A stretch of 53,523 nt of DNA from Gammaproteobacteria bacterium (GTDB lineage Bacteria > Pseudomonadota > Gammaproteobacteria > Steroidobacterales > MnTg04): positions 1 through 53,523 of the forward strand of contig JAZFYI010000077.1 of the NCBI GenBank assembly GCA_036443455.1, in the 5' to 3' direction. Position numbers and translations under genes: made by a program. Positions 17,872 through 26,226 of this stretch are shown in pieces. The notes below the pieces were generated by a model. It saw nothing but the letters and a program-made list of their open reading frames with translations, ran no database searches and had not been told where the DNA came from. Positions within the stretch are counted from its first letter, which is position 1. The number at the start of each line of letters is the position of its first letter.

Positions 17872-18468
17872 TCAGGACTCCTCTTCCAGGTAGCGGTAGG
17901 TCTTGGCGGTCACATCGAGCACCAGGTTGTTTCCGCCCGTATTTTTTTCAGGCTGAATCAATACGTCGTGCAAAGTGACGATTCGCGGTAAGGCCGCAAT
18001 ACCGCTGACAAACTGCGCGAGATCGTGATAGCTGCCTTGCAGGCGGATCTTGATCGGCAGTTCCGCATAGAAATCCTTCTTGATTTCGCTGCTGGGCTGA
18101 AAAAGTCTCTCCTCGAGACCGGCAGCCAGACCTGTCTGGGAAATATCGACGAGCAGGCTGGGGACTTCGGTCCGGCTCGGTAACTGCCGCAGCATTGCGC
18201 CGAAAGAAACTTCCATTTCCTTGAGCTGCGCTTTGTAGGCATCGAGATTTGCCGCGCGGCGCTGCTTGGCCACGAAGGTCGCCTTGTGCTCGATTTCCTT
18301 CGCCTCGGCCTCTTTGAGCAATTCCGCTTTGGTTCGGTATACAAAATAATAGGAACCGCCGATGCTGACTGCGACAAAAATAATCGCGATCAATACGCCC
18401 CTGAACAATAACGGCCAACGACCGATATCGTTGGTATCGAGGCTTTGCAGCTGTTCTATGATATTCAT
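17872..18468 (-). CDS. pilO: Type IV pilus assembly protein PilO
   Basis: DIGRWP......I..I.....G..Y plus a coiled coil. Synteny supports the call. Confidence 0.9.
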   Translation of the reverse strand: MNIIEQLQSLDTNDIGRWPLLFRGVLIAIIFVAVSIGGSYYFVYRTKAELLKEAEAKEIEHKATFVAKQRRAANLDAYKAQLKEMEVSFGAMLRQLPSRTEVPSLLVDISQTGLAAGLEERLFQPSSEIKKDFYAELPIKIRLQGSYHDLAQFVSGIAALPRIVTLHDVLIQPEKNTGGNNLVLDVTAKTYRYLEEES

Positions 18469-19046
18469 AAGCTACCAGCCTCCTCCAGTCCGTCGTCCTC
18501 ATCTTCAGACGAAACCTGCCGTGCCGTCAGCCCGAATTCGGCTTTCTTCTGCGGTCCGACTTCAACAGTTTCAATAACCTGCAGACCGGGATTCTCCAGC
18601 CACTCCGAAACATCAATATTTCTCATATAAGCGGAAACCCGGGTCGTTGACTCGGCCACGCCCTTGATTTCCAGGCGCCGGTTGCTCTGCTTCAATGAAG
18701 TCAGATAAACGCCATCGGGCAATGTGTGGACCAATTCATCAAACAGGTGCACAACTTCCGGTCTGCTCTTTTGCAGGCGCTCGATAATTTCCATGCGGGC
18801 GAGCAGACGCTCTTTTTGTCTTTCCAGACCCTTGATCTCTTCGATTTTCTCGTCGAGCAGGGCAATTTCCCGGGTCAGGATATCGTTTCGCTCATTCTGG
18901 TAGCGGATAAAGCGATCGAAGGTCCAGCTGACCAGCATGATTGTGACGATGCCGATCAGCACGGCGCCGGCTGACGCAACCAGAAAATTCTGCTGGCGTT
19001 CTTTACGCTGATCTTCGCGCCAGGGCAGTAGATTAATTCTTGGCAT
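18465..19046 (-). CDS. pilN: Type IV pilus assembly protein PilN
   Basis: The MPRINLLPWRE start is characteristic of PilN. It has an acidic C-terminal tail. Confidence 0.9.
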   Translation of the reverse strand: MPRINLLPWREDQRKERQQNFLVASAGAVLIGIVTIMLVSWTFDRFIRYQNERNDILTREIALLDEKIEEIKGLERQKERLLARMEIIERLQKSRPEVVHLFDELVHTLPDGVYLTSLKQSNRRLEIKGVAESTTRVSAYMRNIDVSEWLENPGLQVIETVEVGPQKKAEFGLTARQVSSEDEDDGLEEAGSL

Positions 19047-19047
19047 C

Positions 19048-20109
19048 TTAGTCGAAGCTCCTCAACGCCAGCCCGCAAGCCGTAAGCAACGCGGTTGAAT
19101 CCTTGACCACGCCCAGCGATTTCGCCCGTGAAGATAATTTCATCTGACCGAGCGGATCGCCGATTTCGGCAGGAATACCCACTCGCGAAGCGATCACGTC
19201 GGCCACCCCCGGGATATTGGCGCAACCGCCGCAAACCAGTATCGATTCAGGCTGCTCGCGGCCGCTGCCGGAAGCAAGGAAAAACTGCAGGGAGCGGCTG
19301 ACCTGCAAAGACATTTCGTCCATAAAAGGATCGAGCACTTCCGGCTGGAAATTGGATGGCAGGCCGCCTTCCTTCTTGGCCCGTCCCGCTTCTTCCAGGC
19401 TCAGGCCGTAGGTTCTCATGATTTCCTCGGTCAGTTGCTGCCCGCCGAAGGCGAAGTCACGGGTATAAATGACCCGCAGGTCCCGCAAAATACTGAAGGT
19501 CGTGCTGCTGGCGCCAAAGTCTACAACGGCGATCGTATGATCCATGCCGCCGTCCGCCATTTGATGGGTCAATAGCTGACATGAATTTTCCAGCGCGAAT
19601 GCCTCGACATCGACAACCCTGGCAACGAGTCCAGCGGCTTCGACCGCTGCCTGGCGCTGCTCTACGTTTTCGTTGCGCGTAGCGACCAGCAATATATCCA
19701 GCATTTCAGGGTCCTTGGCCGATTCGCCCTGAATCTCGAAATCGAATGAAACCTCTTCCATCGGGAACGGTATGTACTGATCGGCCTGCAGTTCGACCTG
19801 GCCCTCCATCTCCGAGTCGTTCAGCGAACGCGGCATCTGGATCAACTTGGTGACCGCCGCATCGCCTGAAATTGCGATCGCACATTCCTTGTTTGAGGTT
19901 CCGGAGCGCTTGACCGCCCGGCGAATGGCCTCGCCGACCGCCTGGGCGTCGACTATCGCCTTTTCGCTGACCGCGTTATTGGGGGTAGGCTCGGCGGCAT
20001 AGGAATCTACCTTGTAGTTGCCGCTGGAACCGGACAATTCGATCAGCTTTACCGAGGATGTCGTGATATCCAGACCCAGTAGTGGCTTGTTTTTTCTGCC
20101 AAAAAACAC
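19048..20109 (-). CDS. pilM: Type IV pilus assembly ATPase-like protein PilM
   Basis: Actin-like PilM fold (LGLDI.TSSVKL.EL...). GTG start at 20109 with AAGGAAAAG upstream. Confidence 0.95.
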   Translation of the reverse strand: MFFGRKNKPLLGLDITTSSVKLIELSGSSGNYKVDSYAAEPTPNNAVSEKAIVDAQAVGEAIRRAVKRSGTSNKECAIAISGDAAVTKLIQMPRSLNDSEMEGQVELQADQYIPFPMEEVSFDFEIQGESAKDPEMLDILLVATRNENVEQRQAAVEAAGLVARVVDVEAFALENSCQLLTHQMADGGMDHTIAVVDFGASSTTFSILRDLRVIYTRDFAFGGQQLTEEIMRTYGLSLEEAGRAKKEGGLPSNFQPEVLDPFMDEMSLQVSRSLQFFLASGSGREQPESILVCGGCANIPGVADVIASRVGIPAEIGDPLGQMKLSSRAKSLGVVKDSTALLTACGLALRSFD

Positions 20110-20572
20110 AGCTTTTCCTTTTTAGCTCCGTTACTTGCAGGTCGAAGATAGACCAGCACATTAAGTTATGCAACTGGCAGTATCCTAGTGCATCCGTCGC
20201 CGTTCTAACGTGACTTTGCTCACATTATGACAAAGACCGTATCGCGCCCATCCGGCCGGTCCCCTGATGCTTGCTGCGGTATACTCCCGCCTCGGTCAGG
20301 GTCGGCCGCCCACCGAACAATCGGCTGGTGTCGTTCAAAAAAGTACGCCCAGTTACTGGCCTGGAACGAATGAGTCCTTAGAAAATGCCGGGCGGCCTGG
20401 TAGAAGTCGGAGAAAACTCGCTGATTCCTGACCGGCAACCCCGCTGTCTTAGGCTGATTCCTTTAGACCGGTGGCTTTGCGTCCCCACCTTTCGGTGAGT
20501 TTGCCTGCATTATGCGGCCTTAATATGCATAATCACGCTTTATAAAGCAAGGACTTAAGCCAGTTACCTAGC

Positions 20573-23179
20573 ATGAAACTTTACCAACGAATTCTTTTTC
20601 TGGGGACCAGTGCGGCGCTCGTCGGTAGCTTCGTTTTCCTGATGGCCGGGGTCTCCGCTTACCTGTACCTGGCGCCCGGTCTTCCGGACGTCAATTCTCT
20701 GCGCGATGTGCGTCTCCAGGTGCCGCTGCGGGTCTACAGCCGGGATGGCCGGCTGATATCCCAGCTCGGCGCCCAGCGGCGCATCCCGGTAGCCTTTCAA
20801 GACATTCCACAGGACATGGTCAACGCGTTCCTGGCAGCAGAAGACGATCGTTTTTTCGAGCACCCCGGCGTCGACTACCAGGGCCTGGTGCGTGCAACGA
20901 TGATGCTGGCATTGACCGGCGAAAGACGACAGGGCGGCGGCACGATCACGATGCAACTCGCGAGAAACTTTTTTCTCACCCGTGAAAGAACGTACATCAG
21001 GAAGCTGAAAGAGATATTCCTGGCGCTGCGTATCGAACGCGAACTCAACAAACAGGAAATTCTCACTCTCTATCTCAATAAAATTTTTCTTGGGCAACGA
21101 GCATATGGTGTCGGTGCCGCTTCCGAGGTGTATTTTGGCAAGGCTTTGAAGGACCTGCGGCTGGCCGAAATCGCGACCATAGCCGGACTGCCAAAAGCGC
21201 CTTCATCCGATAACCCGGTCAGCAGCCCGGAGCGCGCCGGCAGAAGACGCGCCTATGTACTGCGGCGCATGCTCGAAGTCGGTTACATCGAGCAAGACGA
21301 AGCCGAGGCGGCGGCGGCCATACCGATCGAGTCCCGCATCCACGGCCCGGCCGTCGAAGTGGAAGCGCCTTATGTCGCGGAGATGGTGCGCAGCGAATTG
21401 CTCGCACGCAATCTGCCCGATATATATACGGCCGGCTATCGGGTCACGACCAGTATTGACAGCCGGCTGCAACAGGCGGCTGTTATCGCCCTGCGCCAGG
21501 CGCTGCTGGAATACGATGCACGCCATGGTTTTCGCGGACCGGAGGACCGGCTCACTCTGTTCGACGATACGAACATCGAAGACCAGGCCGGGCAACTCGA
21601 AGACCCCGGACCCGCCATAGTCCCGTTGCCTCGAATCGAGGACGATGCGAGGTTGGCGCTGGAACCGGAAGCCGAGCAACTGGCCTGGGCTGCCGCGCTG
21701 GAGACCTATCCCGAATTCGGCGACCTGGCGGTCGCCCTGGTGCTGGCCACAGAGGAACGCCAGGCGGAAGTCTTCGTCAGAAATCATGGCGTGCTTAGCT
21801 TGCCGTGGCAGGCGATGTCATGGGCCAGACCTTATATAAACGACGAACAGCGTGGCGACCCGCCGGAAACGGCTGCCGACATCATGGCGCCGGGCGATGT
21901 GATTCGCCTGGTCAGGGTCGTCGAGGGTTGGCGGCTGACAGGCATTCCGAAGGTCCAGGGTGCGATTACCGCCATGGATCCACAGGACGGCGCGATCGTC
22001 GCGCTGTCAGGCGGCTTTGATTTTTTTGCCAGCAAATACAACCGGGCGGCACAGGCGAAACGGCAGCCTGGCTCTTCGTTCAAACCCTTTATTTATTCCG
22101 CGGCCCTGGACAAAGACTACACCCCGGCGACGATCATCAACGATGCGCCGGTCGTTTTTGACGACGACACGCTTGAGCAAACCTGGAGGCCAAAAAACTA
22201 CAGTGGCAAATTTTTTGGGCCGACGCGGATGCGCGAAGCGCTGGTCAAATCACGCAACCTGGTTTCGATCCGAATACTGGCCGATATCGGCATTTCCTAC
22301 GCGGTGCGCTACCTGGCCCGCTTTGATTTCCCAAGAAGCGCATTGTCGCGCGATCTCTCACTGGCGCTGGGCAGCGCTACGCTGACCCCATTGCAGATGG
22401 TGAGCGCGTACTCGGTTTTTGCGAATGGTGGTTTTGCAACCCAGCCCTATCTCATCCAGCGTATAGACGATGCGAGCGGCGTAACGATTTACCAGGCGGA
22501 GCCACCACTGGCGTGTTTCGAGTGCGAGCAAAGCTGGAATCGGCAACGGGCGGACCTCGAGCGGGCTGCTGAACTGTCTGATCCATCGTCACCGCAGGCC
22601 GATGACCCGGATCTCGAGGAAACGGAGATCGACCTGGATGAGCTGCCACAGGATCCTTTGCTTTACCTGGACCCGTCGCTGGCGGCTGTCCGGGTTGTAG
22701 AGGCCCGCAATGCCTACCTGATTGCCGACATGATGAGGGACGTCATCAGGCGCGGAACCGGTCGTCGCGCCCTGGCCCTTGGACGGCGGGATTTGTCCGG
22801 TAAGACCGGCACGACCAACGATGGGGTCGACGTCTGGTTCAGCGGTTATAACTCCCGGCTGGTCGCCACCACCTGGGTCGGCTTCGATAATCCACGACCG
22901 CTGGGAACCGGCGAGGAAGGCAGCCGGACGGCCTTGCCGATGTGGATAGACTTTATGCGGGTCGCGTTGCAGGGGATGCCGGACAGCAGGCTGCCCGTGC
23001 CGGACGGCCTGATTACCGTACGTATTTCTCCGGAAACCGGCTGTCTTACCGGCACCGATGATCGATCTGCGATATTTGAAATCCTGCCACGCGAAAAAAT
23101 CCCCGCTTGCGAGCCCGGCAACATCGAACCGAACTATGACGAGGACGAGGAAAAACCCGACGAGGAGGATCTGTTCTAA
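20573..23179 (+). CDS. mrcA: Penicillin-binding protein 1A (bifunctional transglycosylase/transpeptidase)
   Basis: The glycosyltransferase motifs (EDDRFFEHPGVD, GGGTITMQLARN, RKLKE) and the transpeptidase motifs (SSFKP, SRN, KTGTTND) are both present. Confidence 0.95.
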   Translation: MKLYQRILFLGTSAALVGSFVFLMAGVSAYLYLAPGLPDVNSLRDVRLQVPLRVYSRDGRLISQLGAQRRIPVAFQDIPQDMVNAFLAAEDDRFFEHPGVDYQGLVRATMMLALTGERRQGGGTITMQLARNFFLTRERTYIRKLKEIFLALRIERELNKQEILTLYLNKIFLGQRAYGVGAASEVYFGKALKDLRLAEIATIAGLPKAPSSDNPVSSPERAGRRRAYVLRRMLEVGYIEQDEAEAAAAIPIESRIHGPAVEVEAPYVAEMVRSELLARNLPDIYTAGYRVTTSIDSRLQQAAVIALRQALLEYDARHGFRGPEDRLTLFDDTNIEDQAGQLEDPGPAIVPLPRIEDDARLALEPEAEQLAWAAALETYPEFGDLAVALVLATEERQAEVFVRNHGVLSLPWQAMSWARPYINDEQRGDPPETAADIMAPGDVIRLVRVVEGWRLTGIPKVQGAITAMDPQDGAIVALSGGFDFFASKYNRAAQAKRQPGSSFKPFIYSAALDKDYTPATIINDAPVVFDDDTLEQTWRPKNYSGKFFGPTRMREALVKSRNLVSIRILADIGISYAVRYLARFDFPRSALSRDLSLALGSATLTPLQMVSAYSVFANGGFATQPYLIQRIDDASGVTIYQAEPPLACFECEQSWNRQRADLERAAELSDPSSPQADDPDLEETEIDLDELPQDPLLYLDPSLAAVRVVEARNAYLIADMMRDVIRRGTGRRALALGRRDLSGKTGTTNDGVDVWFSGYNSRLVATTWVGFDNPRPLGTGEEGSRTALPMWIDFMRVALQGMPDSRLPVPDGLITVRISPETGCLTGTDDRSAIFEILPREKIPACEPGNIEPNYDEDEEKPDEEDLF

Positions 23180-23260
23180 ATGGCGTCGCAGGCTTGAACT
23201 TGCGCTGGCTGCCATTCACGATTAACAATCAGCGCATCCGCAAACCCCGGAGTAGCCCCC

Positions 23261-23872
23261 ATGGCCCGGCGCCAAACTCGCAACGATAATCTTCGCCTGG
23301 TACTGGCCCGGGAGTCGGCACGCATCATGGCGGAGCACGGTATCGATGATTTCCTGCTGGCCAAACGCAAAGCCGCTGAACGCCTCGGCGTAACCGAACG
23401 CGCGGCATTGCCGGGAAACCAGGAAATAGAGAGCGCGCTGAGCGAACACCTGCGACTCTTTGCCGGCCAGACTCATGTACATCATCTGCGGCACTTGCGC
23501 GAGCTTGCGCTTGGCACGATGCGGAATTTCGATCAGTTCCAGCCTAAGCTTGCCGGCGCCGTGCTCAATGGAACGGCGACTCCGCACTCCGATATTACCC
23601 TGCACCTGTTTGCCGACCCGGCCGAGTTGGTTGCCATGCAGTTGATGGCGCTGAATGTTCCCTATGCCATCGGCGAGCGTCATATCCGCTTTGCCGACCG
23701 CACCGAGGGATACCCGGTTTACGGTTTTGAACAAGACGAGGTGCAGATCGAGATGACAGTATTTCCGGCTATCCTGTTGCGCCAGGCGCCAAAATCACCG
23801 GTGGACGGAAAATCCATGCGCCGGGCGGGAATAATCGAACTGCAGAACCTGATCGAAACCTGCCAGGCCTGA
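23261..23872 (+). CDS. Conserved hypothetical protein; possible divergent Pol-beta-type nucleotidyltransferase fold
   Basis: 203 aa with coding-like composition. GAVLNGTATPHSDITLHLF resembles the NTase G[SA]-x(9-13)-D-h-[DE] motif, but Thr replaces the second acidic residue. No confident family assignment. Confidence 0.45.
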   Translation: MARRQTRNDNLRLVLARESARIMAEHGIDDFLLAKRKAAERLGVTERAALPGNQEIESALSEHLRLFAGQTHVHHLRHLRELALGTMRNFDQFQPKLAGAVLNGTATPHSDITLHLFADPAELVAMQLMALNVPYAIGERHIRFADRTEGYPVYGFEQDEVQIEMTVFPAILLRQAPKSPVDGKSMRRAGIIELQNLIETCQA

Positions 23873-23901
23873 AGAACCGATTCCGACCGGCCCGGGAAGC
23901 A

Positions 23902-25203
23902 TCAGGTGCGCTTGCCCAGTGGCGTCACGTCGCGTTTGTCAGCGCCGACATAAAGCTGCCTTGGCCGGCCGATCTTCGCGCCAGGATCGGCGATCATCTC
24001 CTGCCAATGAGCCACCCAGCCGACCGTGCGGGCGATCGCAAACATCACGGTAAACATCGACCTGGGAATGCCGAGCGCCCGGTAGATAATGCCCGAGTAG
24101 AAGTCTACGTTCGGATAAAGTTTCTTCTCGACAAAGTACTCGTCTTGCAACGCCACCTCTTCGAGTTTCAGCGCCAGATCGAAAAACGGCGTATCGACAC
24201 CATCCATGTTGCCAAGCACTTTATGCGCCATTTCCCTGATCAGGGTCGCTCTTGGATCGAAGTTTTTATAGACCCGGTGACCGAATCCCATCATCCGGAA
24301 GGGGTCGTCACGGTCCTTGGCCTTGGCGATGTATTTGGGGATATTTTCGACGCTGCCGATTTCCTCGAGCATATTCAGAACCGACTCGTTGGCACCGCCA
24401 TGAGCCGGTCCCCAAAGCGCCGAAATCCCCGCGGCAATCGCCGCATACGGGTTGGTACCGGAACTGCCCGCCAGGCGCACCGTTGCGGTGCTGCAGTTTT
24501 GCTCGTGATCCGCATGCAGTATGAACAGCAGATCGAGCGCTTCTGTCATGACCGGGTCAACCTGGTGTGTCTCGCAAGGAACCGCAAAAAACATATTGAC
24601 CAGGTTGCTGCAATAATTCAGATCATTGCGTGGGTAGATGAATGGCTGCCCTCGCGAGTGCTTGTAAGCGGCCGCGGCGATGGTCGGAATCTTGGCAATG
24701 ATCCGGTGGGCGAAAATATTCCGGTGCCGGGGATTATCGATATCCATGCTGTCGTGGTAAAAAGCCGCCATCGAACCCACGACACCGGACACCATTGCCA
24801 TCGGATGTGCGTCATAGTGGAAGCCATCGATAAACCGCAGCAGGCTCTCGTGCACCATCGTGTGACGGCTTATGGAATAAACGAAGTCGTCGAGTTGTTG
24901 CTGATTGGGCAGGTCACCGTAAAGCAGCAGATAGGAAACCTCCAGGAAACTGCATTTGGCGGCAAGCTGGTCCACCGGGTAACCGCGATACAGTAAAATG
25001 CCTTTTTCGCCATCGATAAAGGTAATCTTGCTCTCGCAGGAGGCGGTCGCGACAAATCCCGGGTCAAAAGTAAAAACGCCTGCTTGCTTGTACAAAGAAG
25101 CAATACTGACAACATCAGGACCTATGGTTCCCGCCTTGGCCTCCAACTCCAGACCGTCCTTGTCTATGCCGGGGCCGGTAAGCCTATAACCTCTGTCACT
25201 CAT
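23902..25203 (-). CDS. gltA: Citrate synthase (type II)
   Basis: Full-length GltA similarity (...HADHEQN.ST..VR...S...NP.A..A.G...LWGP.HGGANE..., [12 protein letters not shown]). Confidence 0.95.
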   Translation of the reverse strand: MSDRGYRLTGPGIDKDGLELEAKAGTIGPDVVSIASLYKQAGVFTFDPGFVATASCESKITFIDGEKGILLYRGYPVDQLAAKCSFLEVSYLLLYGDLPNQQQLDDFVYSISRHTMVHESLLRFIDGFHYDAHPMAMVSGVVGSMAAFYHDSMDIDNPRHRNIFAHRIIAKIPTIAAAAYKHSRGQPFIYPRNDLNYCSNLVNMFFAVPCETHQVDPVMTEALDLLFILHADHEQNCSTATVRLAGSSGTNPYAAIAAGISALWGPAHGGANESVLNMLEEIGSVENIPKYIAKAKDRDDPFRMMGFGHRVYKNFDPRATLIREMAHKVLGNMDGVDTPFFDLALKLEEVALQDEYFVEKKLYPNVDFYSGIIYRALGIPRSMFTVMFAIARTVGWVAHWQEMIADPGAKIGRPRQLYVGADKRDVTPLGKRT

Positions 25204-25476
25204 ATGGACTCCTGTCTAGTTGTGGGGCTGCCGGCGCCCCCCTGAATGCCGTCACAACCCGAACCGGCGAAAAAATACCGCATTGAAAATGCCACCAAGA
25301 AAAACCGTGCAACAGCGGCCGCGCGCCAGCGCGGACCGGCGAGCGCAGCGGGCGAACTGCTTGCACGTACGATGTTTCGATAACAGCAGCCAACTATTTA
25401 TTATAGGGCAGTGCGGCCTTGCCTGACCAGCATGGGCCCGGCTGCGGAAACATGAAAACGGGGCGCGCGGCCAGCG

Positions 25477-25501
25477 AAAAAAACGGGCGCCGTGGCGCCC
25501 G
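25477..25501 (-). terminator. Rho-independent terminator downstream of rpmE
   Basis: The minus-strand RNA reads CGGGCGC-CACG-GCGCCCG followed by UUUUUUU. Confidence 0.8.
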
Positions 25502-25525
25502 TCTTGCAAATGCTCGATCGAGGGC

Positions 25526-25729
25526 TTAGCCCATTCCGTACTTACGACGGAATTTATCGACACGACCACCGCTATCGATGATCTTCTGTTTGCCGGTGTA
25601 AAACGGGTGACATTTCGAACACACCTCTATGTGCAGTTCACCCGGCATTGTCGAACGGGTCGAAAAGGTATTGCCGCAACTGCAGGTTACGTTCATTTCA
25701 TTGTATTCAGGATGGATATCGGCCTTCAT
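25526..25729 (-). CDS. rpmE: 50S ribosomal protein L31 (Zn-ribbon type A)
   Basis: MKADIHPEY....V.CSCGN.F.TRST......[23 protein letters not shown]. Confidence 0.97.
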   Translation of the reverse strand: MKADIHPEYNEMNVTCSCGNTFSTRSTMPGELHIEVCSKCHPFYTGKQKIIDSGGRVDKFRRKYGMG

Positions 25730-25954
25730 GGCGAAACCTCTGTCAAACGCCCCAGGCTCTAGCCTGGCGCCGGAAAAAACGGGCTGTGCAGTGTACTTAG
25801 CGCCGACCGCCTTGGCAAGGCTCTCAGCACCGGTTTCCCGGAGCCCGGTGACCCGATAGACCTTTTCCTCTGAAATTCAGAGCCTTAGACATAACGGCAG
25901 AGAGAAATCTTTAACTTTTTCACTTTACTCGGCAGTTCTAAAAAGAATTCTGCC

Positions 25955-25989
25955 TTATCCACAAAATCTGTGCATAACTTTGTGGATGA
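25955..25989. promoter_or_regulatory. Triple DnaA-box module (I on plus, II and III on minus)
   Basis: Box I is TTATCCACA at 25955-25963 (plus strand, perfect). Box II is TGTGCATAA at 25969-25977, which reads TTATGCACA on the minus strand (perfect TTATNCACA). Box III is TGTGGATGA at 25981-25989, which reads TCATCCACA on the minus strand (1 mismatch). The spacers are 5 and 3 bp. Confidence 0.55.
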
Positions 25990-26148
25990 ATTGTTGCTGC
26001 AGGCGATTTAAGGGCCAAAAAAAGCCTTTCCAATCAAATTGGCGAATTCTTAACCATTTATTTTTTATCCTTTATATTCAATAGCTTACAATTTTGTCTC
26101 GCAAATCCGTGTTCTCTGATTCACGACAAACGGGCATTGCCGGGACAA

Positions 26149-26168
26149 ATCTCCACAAGTGTGCATAA
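26149..26168. promoter_or_regulatory. Second opposed DnaA-box pair
   Basis: ATCTCCACA at 26149-26157 (plus strand, 2 mismatches) is followed by a 2-bp spacer and then TGTGCATAA at 26160-26168, which reads TTATGCACA on the minus strand (perfect). This repeats the motif TCCACAA..TGTGCATAAnTT seen at 25959-25981. Confidence 0.4.
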
Positions 26169-26226
26169 GTTACGCGGTGCAGCATGAAACCTGCCCCTTT
26201 TTTGGCCAAGCCAGGCGCAAGAAATC

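Noticed and set aside
20220-20438. 72-aa minus-strand ORF in the pilM-mrcA spacer.
   Set aside because: It has no ribosome-binding site, atypical composition and no similarity I recognise. It lies across the repeat-bearing non-coding region.
25400-25429. Possible sigma70 promoter for gltA: TGGTCA-N18-TATAAT on the minus strand.
   Set aside because: The -10 is perfect, but the -35 is 4/6 with non-optimal 18-nt spacing, and it implies a leader of about 190 nt. The evidence is too weak to list as a feature.
25860-26226. Reading the DnaA-box cluster as the chromosomal origin (oriC).
   Set aside because: Not adopted as the primary call. The flanking genes on both sides (rpmE and gltA at lower coordinates, hemW, rdgB and rph at higher coordinates) are all on the minus strand. 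No dnaA, dnaN, mnmG or rpmH gene is nearby. No GATC sites or obvious repeated 13-mers are present. It is kept as a minority possibility in the finding because GC skew cannot be computed from one window.
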